A stretch of DNA of 64,000 nt from a virus (IMGVR_UViG_3300021399_000107:93173-157172), one strand, 5' to 3'. Shown: positions 9,704-19,091, counted from the first letter of the stretch. The notes: generated by a model from the letters alone, not told the origin. A program made the numbers and translations.

Positions 9704-10177
9704 TTAATATGAATTTGCAAAATATAGATTTAGTCCATTAGCTTGTAGCCGGTCATACATTTGATATAGCTGGCAAAGTCGCGGAAGACCGCTAAAGCCA
9801 TCAAAGTAATCTGAATGGAAAGCATAGAACTCAATCATAGCTTTTAGTGTCTCCTTCTTGAGACGTACTATGCCAGTATCATTATGAAACGTTTCTTGAA
9901 GCGCAGGAATGGCATCCACAAGATCATGAAACTTGCGCGCGTACCACGCATCAATAGGCTTGTCTGTGGGCAAATGAAATTGACCGTCTTCGTCATAAAA
10001 ATGCTGGTTATCTATGATTTCATCAAAATCATAATAGTCGTCATATGATTGGGCCGCAAGCATGTCATAAGATTTAGCAATATAGATATTTAAGTCCATT
10101 CCCATAATAGTTGCTCCTCTTTCTTTGATTATACGCATCAAAAATTCTACTGCGTTTGAGGCTTCCTCAAAAGTCAC
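9704..10177 (-). CDS. hypothetical protein (GTG start)
   Basis: 157 aa. The start context TCGTGACTTTTGAGGAAG is duplicated at the next gene. Confidence 0.4.
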   Translation of the reverse strand: MTFEEASNAVEFLMRIIKERGATIMGMDLNIYIAKSYDMLAAQSYDDYYDFDEIIDNQHFYDEDGQFHLPTDKPIDAWYARKFHDLVDAIPALQETFHNDTGIVRLKKETLKAMIEFYAFHSDYFDGFSGLPRLCQLYQMYDRLQANGLNLYFANSY

Positions 10178-10183
10178 GAATTT

Positions 10184-10660
10184 TTAACTCCTCATAAAAT
10201 AATTTTTAATTTCCTCATATGTGAAAAAGATTTTTCCGCGCCTAAATGCTTCTTCATTCCATACTTTAGCTGCCTGTTCTACTCTTGCAAGATAGTCATA
10301 ACCATTATCAATATTGTCAGGCTTTATAAGAATAATATCTTCTGTATTATTAACATCTATTTTTTCCCAGCCCCACTCATCAGTAAAAACAGCTGGGTAA
10401 AAATTGTTTGTATTTATGTCGTCATTTATATATCCACTAACTGGATAGTAGCTAAACGTCCAACATTCAAAATCATCGTGTGTTTCATTGTAATATATAA
10501 AAGGTAGAGTACCCGGACAACAGTTAAGCGGTGCATTGTCCCATTTTTCGATATTTTTTACATCATCATAGGAATGTGCAGTAAAACGTTCATCGCAATA
10601 AAAATTGCCAATATAGGTAGTGTGTGGAGGATATTTCTTTATTACTTCTTCAAAAGTCAC
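10184..10660 (-). CDS. hypothetical protein (GTG start)
   Basis: 158 aa with the same MTFEE start context. Confidence 0.4.
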   Translation of the reverse strand: MTFEEVIKKYPPHTTYIGNFYCDERFTAHSYDDVKNIEKWDNAPLNCCPGTLPFIYYNETHDDFECWTFSYYPVSGYINDDINTNNFYPAVFTDEWGWEKIDVNNTEDIILIKPDNIDNGYDYLARVEQAAKVWNEEAFRRGKIFFTYEEIKNYFMRS

Positions 10661-10844
10661 GACTTTCTAGTTCCTTCCAAATTTTATCAGCATAAACTTC
10701 AAAAATTTTGGATTCAGTATCATTTAAGCTAATGCCGTGGTATCGTTTGAAACTAAGCATCCAATTTTTATAAAGACGATTTAAATTTTTCTTTCTGTCT
10801 TTTTTCTTTTTAGCTGTAAAACATAGATTAAGTGGTGTTTTCAT
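10650..10844 (-). CDS. hypothetical small basic protein
   Basis: 64-aa ORF. Confidence 0.3.
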   Translation of the reverse strand: MKTPLNLCFTAKKKKDRKKNLNRLYKNWMLSFKRYHGISLNDTESKIFEVYADKIWKELESRDF

Positions 10845-10876
10845 TATGGCTTCGCTCCTTTTTCTTTTGTAGCTAC

Positions 10877-10905
10877 ATTATAGCTTATTTTAAGGAAAAA
10901 GTCAA
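10877..10905 (-). promoter_or_regulatory. consensus promoter TTGACT-17-TATAAT
   Basis: ATTATA-N17-AGTCAA on the plus strand. Confidence 0.55.
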
Positions 10906-10917
10906 GAAGAAGGCCGA

Positions 10918-12210
10918 TTAAACGGCCTTCTTTTCTTTGAGAACAAGATTTAAAAATAAGCCTACAATAATACTTAGGGCAACGCCACTAAAAGAAAAAG
11001 TTCCATAATTAATTGCTATTCCGCTGACACCACAACTTAGCATTGCGGCAAAAATTAAGCTATTTTTCATATTAGAAAAATCAACTTTATTATTCATAAT
11101 AGTACGCACGCCTGCGTTGGCAATTAATGAATAACACAGAATAGATATACCAGCAAATACACAATTAGGCATGGCCGCGACAGCGCGATTAAAAGGAGTA
11201 ATAAAGCCTAGAGCAATAAGTGTTAAAGAGGCAGTAAGGAAACACCATACACTTGCTACACCACTAACGGCGATCGTACCGGTTGCTTCACTAAAAGTTG
11301 TCGTACACTGTGAACCTGTTAAGGTGCCTACAAATGAGCTTAGGCCATCACCAAGAAGAGTACGAGGGAGTTGACTAAGCGTATCAGTTCCAGTTACAAC
11401 TCCAATAGTATTCATGTCCGCGATATGCTCTGCCAGCGCAGAACAGCTAACGACCCCGAACATTAGGATAATTTGTGGTAATGTATTCCAATGAAAAGTC
11501 GCAAAGTTGATATGTGTAAAAGTTAAATCAGGAACAGAGAATAAAGACATATTTTGGAATTGAGAGAAATCTACTAAATTAGCGACCCCGCAAACTGATA
11601 GAAGAATACATAATAGATAACCAGCGAGAGTTCCGCCTAAAAATGGTAGTGTCTGCCAGATGCCTTTTGCGTAATGCCCAATAAGACAAGTAACCAAGAC
11701 TACAAAAAAGGCGATTCCAATTCCTAATAAAGAATATTGTCCATTTACTTGCGCATAAACAGGAATAAAAGAGGTGAGTGAGATTCCTATGATAAGAACT
11801 GATGTGCCTGAGATCAACGGATTGAATAGTTTATTAATCCAATTTGTGCCATAATGTTTAACAAAAAGTGCGACAACAGCATAAATTATACACATTACTA
11901 ATCCGCCAATGACTACACCTAGAAAATTTTTATGAACGGCATCAGTAAGTGTAAGCGTAGAGACAATTGCGGCAACAGTTGCACCGCTATTACTAGTAAT
12001 CGCGCTTACTTTAAAACCAGTTACCAGTAAGAAAACAAAGGTTCCTAGTCCCGCAGAAATTAATCCTGCACTAATCGGTGTGCCGCATATTAGACTAATA
12101 AGCATTGTAGCTGGTAGTACTGACAGCACAAATTGGGCCGTATAGCCAATCCATTCCTTTAAAGTACGTGGCTTTTCGCGCACGCCATAAATTAAATTTG
12201 TATTATTCAT
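10918..12210 (-). CDS. nucleobase:cation symporter-2 (NCS2, UraA/xanthine-uracil permease family) membrane transporter
   Basis: 430 aa with about 12 predicted TM segments. AEHIADMNTIGVVTG...LPRTLLGDGLSSFVGTLTGSQCTTTFSEATGTIAVSGVASVW closely matches the UraA signature region (EHIG...GDG...G.P.TTY.ENIGV...T.V.S). Confidence 0.75.
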   Translation of the reverse strand: MNNTNLIYGVREKPRTLKEWIGYTAQFVLSVLPATMLISLICGTPISAGLISAGLGTFVFLLVTGFKVSAITSNSGATVAAIVSTLTLTDAVHKNFLGVVIGGLVMCIIYAVVALFVKHYGTNWINKLFNPLISGTSVLIIGISLTSFIPVYAQVNGQYSLLGIGIAFFVVLVTCLIGHYAKGIWQTLPFLGGTLAGYLLCILLSVCGVANLVDFSQFQNMSLFSVPDLTFTHINFATFHWNTLPQIILMFGVVSCSALAEHIADMNTIGVVTGTDTLSQLPRTLLGDGLSSFVGTLTGSQCTTTFSEATGTIAVSGVASVWCFLTASLTLIALGFITPFNRAVAAMPNCVFAGISILCYSLIANAGVRTIMNNKVDFSNMKNSLIFAAMLSCGVSGIAINYGTFSFSGVALSIIVGLFLNLVLKEKKAV

Positions 12211-12245
12211 TTATATTCTCCCTATTACAGATGGTATCGTTCTCC

Positions 12246-12497
12246 TCAAAAGAAATCACTAGTAGTAATATCGTTAGGATCAAGATGAACATCCAAATTT
12301 CTATTATTCTCAGTTACTTTTGCCGTAATAACGTCCCAACTAAATGTTGGCTGCTCGCTATTACAAACAGGACAGCCTACCAGTGTCGGACCCCATGAGC
12401 GCCCGCATTTGCTACAAACCCATCCATACTGGGTGAAATTGGACGGTTCCTTATAGATATTATCAACTGTATTGTAAATTGTATTATCAATCTTCAC
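12246..12497 (-). CDS. small zinc-ribbon protein
   Basis: 83 aa with CSKCGRSW...CPVCN. Confidence 0.35.
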   Translation of the reverse strand: MKIDNTIYNTVDNIYKEPSNFTQYGWVCSKCGRSWGPTLVGCPVCNSEQPTFSWDVITAKVTENNRNLDVHLDPNDITTSDFF

Positions 12498-12509
12498 GTG
12501 TTTTCCCCC

Positions 12510-12722
12510 TTACCACTGATGTGGTTGTTTAAGATCAATTGGATGAGTACTTGAAAATTTTATTGTGTTGCAAAAACGACAATAACATTTTCTTTTATCT
12601 TTTGTTAGATAAGAGTTCCATCTATTCATTTTGCGTTTGCAACATAAATAACTATCAACTTTAGTACGACCGCAAGGATATGGATTGTATAGAGAATAGA
12701 AAAAATGAATAATTTTATTCAT
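12510..12722 (-). CDS. small Cys-rich protein
   Basis: 70-aa ORF. Confidence 0.3.
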   Translation of the reverse strand: MNKIIHFFYSLYNPYPCGRTKVDSYLCCKRKMNRWNSYLTKDKRKCYCRFCNTIKFSSTHPIDLKQPHQW

Positions 12723-13368
12723 TCTTAAATTGCTCCTTTAAAAGAGGAATGATTTCATCAAAAGAATTGTGAAGCGTATGGTCTTCGGTCGCATATAGGC
12801 ACATTCCATAAAGCATTTGGTTGATGCTGAAACTACGTCGCCAATCCTTTTCATTTAGGTGATTAGTACGAATATCAAAATAGTGCGCATAATTTTTCTT
12901 GTTCTTTTGTCGCTCAAAAACTGCCCAAAAAATATCATACATTTCCGCCTTAAAAGGTTCAGGCTGTTGCTCTAGCGGCAGCATCCACCATGCGATACCG
13001 GCTTCGGGATGTCGCTTAAAGTATTCCTGCTTCATATTTTCCCAAAGATGTTCACAAAAATACTTCCAACCATATAGAACGCCCATTTCGCACATCGTAC
13101 CAATTGCGCTTTGTTCTGGACATATAACAGTATAATCGCTGTCCCAGAGCCTACCAATATCTGCTTCGCAGATTTTTTCAGCCAAATGATTATTCTCTTC
13201 TTCTGTCATACTGGCCTTATCATTAATAGACTTGTTCATTACCGGACTATACACTTCGCCGGGAATATTAGCAGCCTTAAACTTATCATATTCTTCTTGG
13301 CGCGCAAGGTTTTCTCCACGAGTCATGATTCCACCTGCAAGATAACCTAAAGGTCTTTTTTGCTCCAT
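12715..13368 (-). CDS. second NDT/DNPH1-family (nucleoside 2-deoxyribosyltransferase-like) protein
   Basis: GYLAGG N-terminal motif and AIGTMCEMGVLYG (GT..E.G catalytic motif), with a C-terminal extension. Start chosen at MEQKRPLGYLAGG, which has a GAGGAAAAATAGT ribosome-binding site. Confidence 0.55.
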   Translation of the reverse strand: MEQKRPLGYLAGGIMTRGENLARQEEYDKFKAANIPGEVYSPVMNKSINDKASMTEEENNHLAEKICEADIGRLWDSDYTVICPEQSAIGTMCEMGVLYGWKYFCEHLWENMKQEYFKRHPEAGIAWWMLPLEQQPEPFKAEMYDIFWAVFERQKNKKNYAHYFDIRTNHLNEKDWRRSFSINQMLYGMCLYATEDHTLHNSFDEIIPLLKEQFKNE

Positions 13369-13369
13369 A

Positions 13370-14086
13370 CTATTTTTCCTCATAATGTATAAGATTTTTT
13401 ATATAATTAATGTTTAATTGATTATATTCTTTATAAGAAATACGATATAGCGGAATATTATGTTTTTTACAATATTCATTTTTAATTTCATCTATTCCTT
13501 CTCTATACCAAGCATTGGTTTTATCGAAATGTTGTTCGCCGTCATACTCTAATAAACAAAATAATTTATGATTTTTTATAATGCCCCAATCAAATCTATA
13601 CGGGGATAATTTATCGGTAAGAAAATCTGGAAACTTATATTCTGAAATAAATTGAATGTTATTATCAGATAATATATTTGTTATTTTTCGCGCACCTTTT
13701 GACTTAATACAGCCACAGCTATTAGCTTTTCCGGCTCTTAAATCCCTTCCTGCGACAATGGTGGTATTACCGCATGAACATAAACAAAGCCAATATTTGT
13801 GATGGTCAGTGTTTTTATTTGGGTTAGGCGCTTCACTTATAACAGTTAGTTCTCCATATACATTACCGATTTCATTTATTATTCTGCCATCATTAGAATG
13901 TTTTCCACAACTGGTAGATAAGCCTTTATTATAATTTTTCTTGGAAGGACACCAATAATTTCCGCAATCACATTGACATAAATAATAATCTTTTGGATTA
14001 ACTTCTTTTTTACCACGCTTATATTGTAATATATCTTCTATTGTAGCCTCACGTATAATGATAGAATTATGTTGTTGTTTTATCAT
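13370..14086 (-). CDS. free-standing homing-endonuclease-like protein: tandem Cys4 Zn modules + C-terminal Vsr/DUF559-like PD-(D/E)XK nuclease
   Basis: Repeats of the pattern WLC.C.CGN...SCGC. C-terminal EYDGEQHF...HNIPLYRI is the E.DG..H Vsr/DUF559 motif. It is a paralog of the gene at 44715-45560. Confidence 0.5.
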   Translation of the reverse strand: MIKQQHNSIIIREATIEDILQYKRGKKEVNPKDYYLCQCDCGNYWCPSKKNYNKGLSTSCGKHSNDGRIINEIGNVYGELTVISEAPNPNKNTDHHKYWLCLCSCGNTTIVAGRDLRAGKANSCGCIKSKGARKITNILSDNNIQFISEYKFPDFLTDKLSPYRFDWGIIKNHKLFCLLEYDGEQHFDKTNAWYREGIDEIKNEYCKKHNIPLYRISYKEYNQLNINYIKNLIHYEEK

Positions 14087-14135
14087 AAGTTCTTGCCACC
14101 TAAGTACCCAAGAGGTCGTTTCGTTTCCATAATTC

Positions 14136-15011
14136 CTAATTCTCCTTTCTATAATTCGTTACAACAATTTCCTCTGTTGGAGGATCGCTTTGACTTACAG
14201 TATGCGTACAATGTGAATACCCCGCATTGTAGATATTATGTACAATAAAATTTGGGTTCTCATGAATCCATTCGTCCAAAAAGGTATTGGTTTTGCCGCG
14301 ATGATGTAGTACATTCGATAGCGCGAACTTGATACCTTTTTGATGCGCGTTTTCTAGGTAATTGAGAAGCACAATTTCATCGTCTTTTGTCCACTTTTGA
14401 TTTACCTGTTGTCGTATTCCATGATTATAAACATTATTGGTAATTAGATAAGGTGGGTCAGCATAGAGAAACATGGAGGTATCTGGTTGAAAATCAACAA
14501 AACTTTTATTGTTTATTTCAATATCGCGCAAGGCCGCATGGAATGGCCCGATAGTTTTACGCTGGCGAGAACTAAAATTGGAAAAACCGCGACCAAAGCC
14601 TGCGTTCATTTGTAGGTCAGCATTAAAGCGCATCGTGAAATGAAAGCTGTAACGGGATAGAGTAAAGAGATCAAGTGGCGTATGGTACTCGGGTTTAGTG
14701 TTGTATGCGTCTCGATACGCCAAATAGCCTAGTTCGTTTTCTTTCGTAAGATTAAATTCTGCAATACGGTGTTCCATAAAGGCAAGAATTTCAGAAAGCG
14801 GTAGTTTTTGAAATTCGTAAAAAATATCAGTTACATATGAATTAATTTCAATGCCTATCTTCTTGCGCGCTTGCACGTTAGTTATAACGTCGCCGCCGCC
14901 CATAAATAAGTCCACGAATGTGTCTATATTTTCAGGAAACAAAGGCATCAGTTGTGGTAAAATTTGATACTTATTGCCGATATAATTTAAGGGTGATTTA
15001 TTATACTCCAT
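14136..15011 (-). CDS. dam: Dam-family N6-adenine DNA methyltransferase
   Basis: SPLNYIGNKYQILPQL N-terminus and DPPY motif (FLYADPPYLITN). Start at MEYNKSPLNY with an AAAGGAGGG ribosome-binding site. Confidence 0.8.
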   Translation of the reverse strand: MEYNKSPLNYIGNKYQILPQLMPLFPENIDTFVDLFMGGGDVITNVQARKKIGIEINSYVTDIFYEFQKLPLSEILAFMEHRIAEFNLTKENELGYLAYRDAYNTKPEYHTPLDLFTLSRYSFHFTMRFNADLQMNAGFGRGFSNFSSRQRKTIGPFHAALRDIEINNKSFVDFQPDTSMFLYADPPYLITNNVYNHGIRQQVNQKWTKDDEIVLLNYLENAHQKGIKFALSNVLHHRGKTNTFLDEWIHENPNFIVHNIYNAGYSHCTHTVSQSDPPTEEIVVTNYRKEN

Positions 15012-15033
15012 AACTTCCCTCCTTTTTATTTTT

Positions 15034-15062
15034 ATTATAACACGTATTTTAGAAAAAGTCAA
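15034..15062 (-). promoter_or_regulatory. consensus promoter TTGACT-17-TATAAT
   Basis: ATTATA-N17-AGTCAA on the plus strand. Confidence 0.55.
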
Positions 15063-15107
15063 ATTATTAGGTAAAAAAATAATGGGCGCTTGCGCGCCCA
15101 TTTAACA

Positions 15108-15305
15108 TTATTCGCCGTCGTCTGCATCGAATTGGGCCTTAAATGCGCCCCAAGCGGTATTGTCAGCGACAGCATCAGTAGAAAGAGTAAGCTTGTCAAC
15201 GAACGCGCAAATGGCGTTCATTGCGGCCTTAGAAGCATTTGTGTTTTGTGCGAGAATATCGACTAGTTCAATACGGGTATCCTTTTCTGGATAATTACTA
15301 ATCAT
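15108..15305 (-). CDS. hypothetical protein
   Basis: 65-aa ORF. Confidence 0.3.
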   Translation of the reverse strand: MISNYPEKDTRIELVDILAQNTNASKAAMNAICAFVDKLTLSTDAVADNTAWGAFKAQFDADDGE

Positions 15306-15319
15306 AGTAGGTTCCTCCT

Positions 15320-16558
15320 TTATTTTGGTGGTATAAGTAAGTCACATAGACGCGGTACTGGGCCGCGCTCGGACTTAATAAGCTTTACAGTACCAAAAAG
15401 TTCATTACCGCTTAAATTTTTAAGCATAGATTTAATACCATTATGCGTTACAAATTGCGGCTTATCAATTTGTGCAACATCGCCGCAAAAGATAAGTTCG
15501 CTGTTTTCTTCAATGCGGCTCATCAGTAAGGTAACAAGTTTGTCATCCATATTTTCACATTCATCACATAATACAATCGAATCTTTTAAGCTGCGGCCGC
15601 GGATATGTGATAGAGGAATGGTTTCAATAATGTTATCTGCCATTAGCCTATCCAATTCTTCTGGCCCGCCCACATGGTCAGCAATACATTGCGAGAATAT
15701 GGATAGTTTTTCTTGGACAGTGCCGGGCAAAAAGCCTATATCATTTGTACCAGCAGCAATAATGTTATTGCGTACAAAAATTAGCTTGGCATAGTTACCT
15801 CTACTAATTTGTTCGAGGGCGTAATTCAATGATATAAGAGTTTTGCCGCCGCCCCATGCAGATGTTAGTAACTTTACCTTTATGTTCTGATTTTGTAATA
15901 GGTCAAAAGCCATCTTTTGTTCAAGATTGCGCGGTCGAATGGTTTCACCAAGAAATTTATTATAAATATCGTGATAGCAAAGATTGCGGTAGCGCGTACC
16001 ATCCCAACGCAGAATATCCTTCAATTCGCTACCCTCAAAAATTTCACAATATTCATTAATTTTTGCATCTAGAATATTGCGTTCTGGCATTGAATAGAGA
16101 ATAGCCATTTGCTCAGATGTAGGATAATATTTACCCCAGCCGCAATACAATTCTTGCGGCTCAGTCTCTTTTGTGTAGTAAATAGGATTAATTTTATGCG
16201 CGAAATAATCTGCATAAATCTTTTGCGCGCCATCGCTAGTAACAAAATGGACAGGCTCAATGTGGGAATAAGCTAATTCTAGCGCTTCCGCCAAGATATG
16301 ATGATCATTTATGTTGAGTAGAAAAGGATTCTGGAGATAAATCTTTTTAATGGCTTTTTCATTTATGTACGTAAAATTAATTTTATTTGAAAAAAGTATC
16401 TCGCGCACAGCTTCGCGCGCAAGATACTTCGTATGGTCGTCCCTCTGAGAAGTTTTGATATTTTCTAGTTCCTGCATTGAAAGCGGGCTGATATAAATTT
16501 TTTCGTACTCGTTAATCGCTCCGTTTAGTATTGCAGAAGTATCAAGAAAATAAATCAT
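15320..16558 (-). CDS. phoH: PhoH-like ATPase with N-terminal PIN domain
   Basis: PIN-like N-terminus (IYFLDTSAILNG) and Walker A AWGGGKT. Start chosen with a GAGAGGGTGAG ribosome-binding site. Confidence 0.75.
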   Translation of the reverse strand: MIYFLDTSAILNGAINEYEKIYISPLSMQELENIKTSQRDDHTKYLAREAVREILFSNKINFTYINEKAIKKIYLQNPFLLNINDHHILAEALELAYSHIEPVHFVTSDGAQKIYADYFAHKINPIYYTKETEPQELYCGWGKYYPTSEQMAILYSMPERNILDAKINEYCEIFEGSELKDILRWDGTRYRNLCYHDIYNKFLGETIRPRNLEQKMAFDLLQNQNIKVKLLTSAWGGGKTLISLNYALEQISRGNYAKLIFVRNNIIAAGTNDIGFLPGTVQEKLSIFSQCIADHVGGPEELDRLMADNIIETIPLSHIRGRSLKDSIVLCDECENMDDKLVTLLMSRIEENSELIFCGDVAQIDKPQFVTHNGIKSMLKNLSGNELFGTVKLIKSERGPVPRLCDLLIPPK

Positions 16559-16565
16559 ACTGTTC

Positions 16566-17162
16566 TCACCCTCTCTTAATTTCATGAATTAGTCCATACT
16601 TTAGCATATCATCAGCCAATAGATACCACTGTTTATGCTGATTACTATCATATTCGTCAGCGGTGATTTTGGTATTCGTAATAATATAATTTCTAATCAT
16701 ATCATCAATCTTTTGGTTGAATTGCATCGTATCCTTTACTGCGTTACTGTCGCCGCCAACGTAAGTTTGACCTGCGTGCAGGAGAGCAAAAGCAAAAGGA
16801 TATGCAATTTTATGGACATTCGGATTATTATTTCCTGAACATAGAATGATTGTGCCCATAGAACAAGAATAGGAAGGCACGATAATGTCCAGCGGAATAG
16901 AGTAATTATCAATAATGCTGCATACCGTTAGCGCGTCCATAATTGAGCCGCCAGGGGTATTGAGAACAAGAGTTACTTTTTCATTCGTGCCATCTTGCTC
17001 AAACTCTCGAAGCGGCATAATGACTGTTTCGAGTATATTCTCATCAATTTCTTCATTAAGAAGAATGGTTCGGCGCTTTAGTAGGTTATTAAAATATTGA
17101 TAAGTTACAGGATTAAGACTAGATAGTTGAATTGGTACTTCCAGAAAATCTGTTTGTTCCAT
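16566..17162 (-). CDS. clpP: ClpP-family serine peptidase
   Basis: LNTPGGSIMDALTV and the catalytic Ser context SYSCSMGTIILCSG. Start at MEQTD with an AAGGAG ribosome-binding site. Confidence 0.7.
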   Translation of the reverse strand: MEQTDFLEVPIQLSSLNPVTYQYFNNLLKRRTILLNEEIDENILETVIMPLREFEQDGTNEKVTLVLNTPGGSIMDALTVCSIIDNYSIPLDIIVPSYSCSMGTIILCSGNNNPNVHKIAYPFAFALLHAGQTYVGGDSNAVKDTMQFNQKIDDMIRNYIITNTKITADEYDSNQHKQWYLLADDMLKYGLIHEIKRG

Positions 17163-17189
17163 TAAAAACTCCTTGCGGCTAGGCCGCAA

Positions 17190-18317
17190 TTATATAATTT
17201 TATCAAGCGTACAGTCAGCAGGATTAAGATCATCCTTACGAATGGCTTTAATGTATGGATGGCGAATAGAAACATCCAGACGAGCGTCGCTCTTCTTTGT
17301 TTGACTCACCATCATGCCGCCAATCGTAATCGGACAAAGATACCATTCTTCCTTGAAATTATCACGCATAGATAGTTTCATTTCATCAGTTAGTCCTGCT
17401 ACTTTACAAAGCGGTACAAGTTCCCCATTCTTATCGTACACGCTAGTAAAAACTGCTCCGGGATAATTATAGAAATAATTTTTAGTAACGGGAATGTATG
17501 GCTCTCCACGCTGATAGTCGCTAAAATAATTACCCATAACAAATTCGCCCGTCTTCTTGTTCTGCCAATAGGGCCAATTTGCAAGCTCTTTACCTGTGTA
17601 GTCACGCACAGGCGGTTCAAGCGATGTGATTAGACAGTCAACGTCCGAGCTAATCTCTTGCTTTACCTTACAGGTATCCCACGCGCTAGTGCGCTTATCT
17701 GGCGTGTATGGTACGCCCTTTTTATAACAGACAGCTCCTTCTCCACCACGTTCAAAAATCTTTTGGATTTCATCAAAGAATGAGTCATCCATTTCGTGGT
17801 ATTCAATACCTTTTACAAGCGGGTTATTGATACGCGCGACTACCTCAGGGATGAAAAGAACGCGCTTTTCAATTGGTTCATTAATCATATCGTGTCCATC
17901 AAGCACTAGCACATCAAAAATGCGCCACTCAAGTTTTACGTCTTTTTGACGTTCACGGGCTTTTGGGGTGAGACAGCGTGCAATCGCACCTACATCCCGA
18001 TCAATACCGCCGGGCAAATATAGCTCTCCAAGAATGACAGTTGTCCCATTTTGAAAGGCATTAAGGACAGAATCCCAAAAAAATACCTTATCTTGTAGTT
18101 CCGAGTACGTACCAGTTCCTTTAGAAATACCGCGGGTTTGCAGAGCATTTCGTTCTGAGGTAATAACGGCGCGAGTGAAATTACCATCGAATTTTTCTGA
18201 CCAAAGATACTGACCATGCGCGGCCATTTGTTCAAGTTTTAGTCGCTTTGTGGCTGCACTCATAGTAGAAGTGGGGCTCCAATACTTTTGGACTCCCATA
18301 GTAAAATAATCTGTCAT
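17190..18317 (-). CDS. ATP-dependent DNA (or RNA) ligase, nucleotidyltransferase superfamily
   Basis: Motif I KFDGN, motif III VILGELYL, motif IV EGAVCYKKG and motif V CKVK, at T7-ligase-like spacing. Confidence 0.55.
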   Translation of the reverse strand: MTDYFTMGVQKYWSPTSTMSAATKRLKLEQMAAHGQYLWSEKFDGNFTRAVITSERNALQTRGISKGTGTYSELQDKVFFWDSVLNAFQNGTTVILGELYLPGGIDRDVGAIARCLTPKARERQKDVKLEWRIFDVLVLDGHDMINEPIEKRVLFIPEVVARINNPLVKGIEYHEMDDSFFDEIQKIFERGGEGAVCYKKGVPYTPDKRTSAWDTCKVKQEISSDVDCLITSLEPPVRDYTGKELANWPYWQNKKTGEFVMGNYFSDYQRGEPYIPVTKNYFYNYPGAVFTSVYDKNGELVPLCKVAGLTDEMKLSMRDNFKEEWYLCPITIGGMMVSQTKKSDARLDVSIRHPYIKAIRKDDLNPADCTLDKII

Positions 18318-18859
18318 ACGTACTCCTTTACGAACTTTGCCGCTGATTCAGCTAGTTGGTTTTCTGTTGAATGACCAATTATCCATTCAAAATTATAATT
18401 ATCTAGCGCGCACTCGCTAACGTGCGTCAGTTGGTTTATGCGCATAGCTGGATTATAATATGGCTTACCGTCTGTTGTAAAACGTTCTATACGAATTGTT
18501 ACAATGTTCTCAACGCCATTATATTCACATAAAGTTGCATATTCATCTTCAAAACGCCAATCAGGAACTAGTACGTAGTCCCATTGATCGGCAGTCGCGG
18601 CAATAAATTTTGCAATGATTTCGGCCCAATAGGTTGGAAACTTGGTTTTTACCCAATCGGTGCCAATAGATTGTAGCAACTTGCGGCCTTGCTCATCCTT
18701 TTCTCCATTCCACCCATATACTGAACGCGCGAAGTCCTTTACTGGGTCGCCAAAATGGAGAGTAAGAATTTTATCCGTTTCTAATTGATCCTTTAGAAAC
18801 TTTGCAAATGTATCTTTACCTGAGCCGCTTTTGCCGCTAATTAGAAAAATTTTCTTCAT
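18314..18859 (-). CDS. P-loop nucleotide kinase, dNMP-kinase-like
   Basis: Walker A ISGKSGSGKDT. Size and position resemble phage dNMP kinases. Confidence 0.5.
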   Translation of the reverse strand: MKKIFLISGKSGSGKDTFAKFLKDQLETDKILTLHFGDPVKDFARSVYGWNGEKDEQGRKLLQSIGTDWVKTKFPTYWAEIIAKFIAATADQWDYVLVPDWRFEDEYATLCEYNGVENIVTIRIERFTTDGKPYYNPAMRINQLTHVSECALDNYNFEWIIGHSTENQLAESAAKFVKEYV

Positions 18860-19091
18860 CTTTATATTTCTCCTCTAGTCGCAATTGGAAACACATATCA
18901 ACATAATCGCGTTCATGCTCAGTTAGGGTTTCTTCAAATTGCATTAGCATTTTTAATCCTTTTGGAACATTTTGTAGGAAAGCCATATCGAGCCAAAATT
19001 GAGTCTTTTGGCGTACTTCTTCTGATATATCAGGATACAGTTCCATCATGATGTTTCTGCCCCTCCTTATACATTTTACCGAGGGCATCAA
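18837..19091 (-). CDS. hypothetical protein
   Basis: 84-aa ORF. Confidence 0.3.
   Translation of the reverse strand: MMPSVKCIRRGRNIMMELYPDISEEVRQKTQFWLDMAFLQNVPKGLKMLMQFEETLTEHERDYVDMCFQLRLEEKYKDEENFSN

Noticed and set aside
17190-18317. Calling the ligase specifically an RNA ligase (T4 Rnl1-like, similar length)
   Set aside because: The motif III/IV/V spacing and sequences fit T7-type DNA ligase better. The ambiguity is kept in the feature call.
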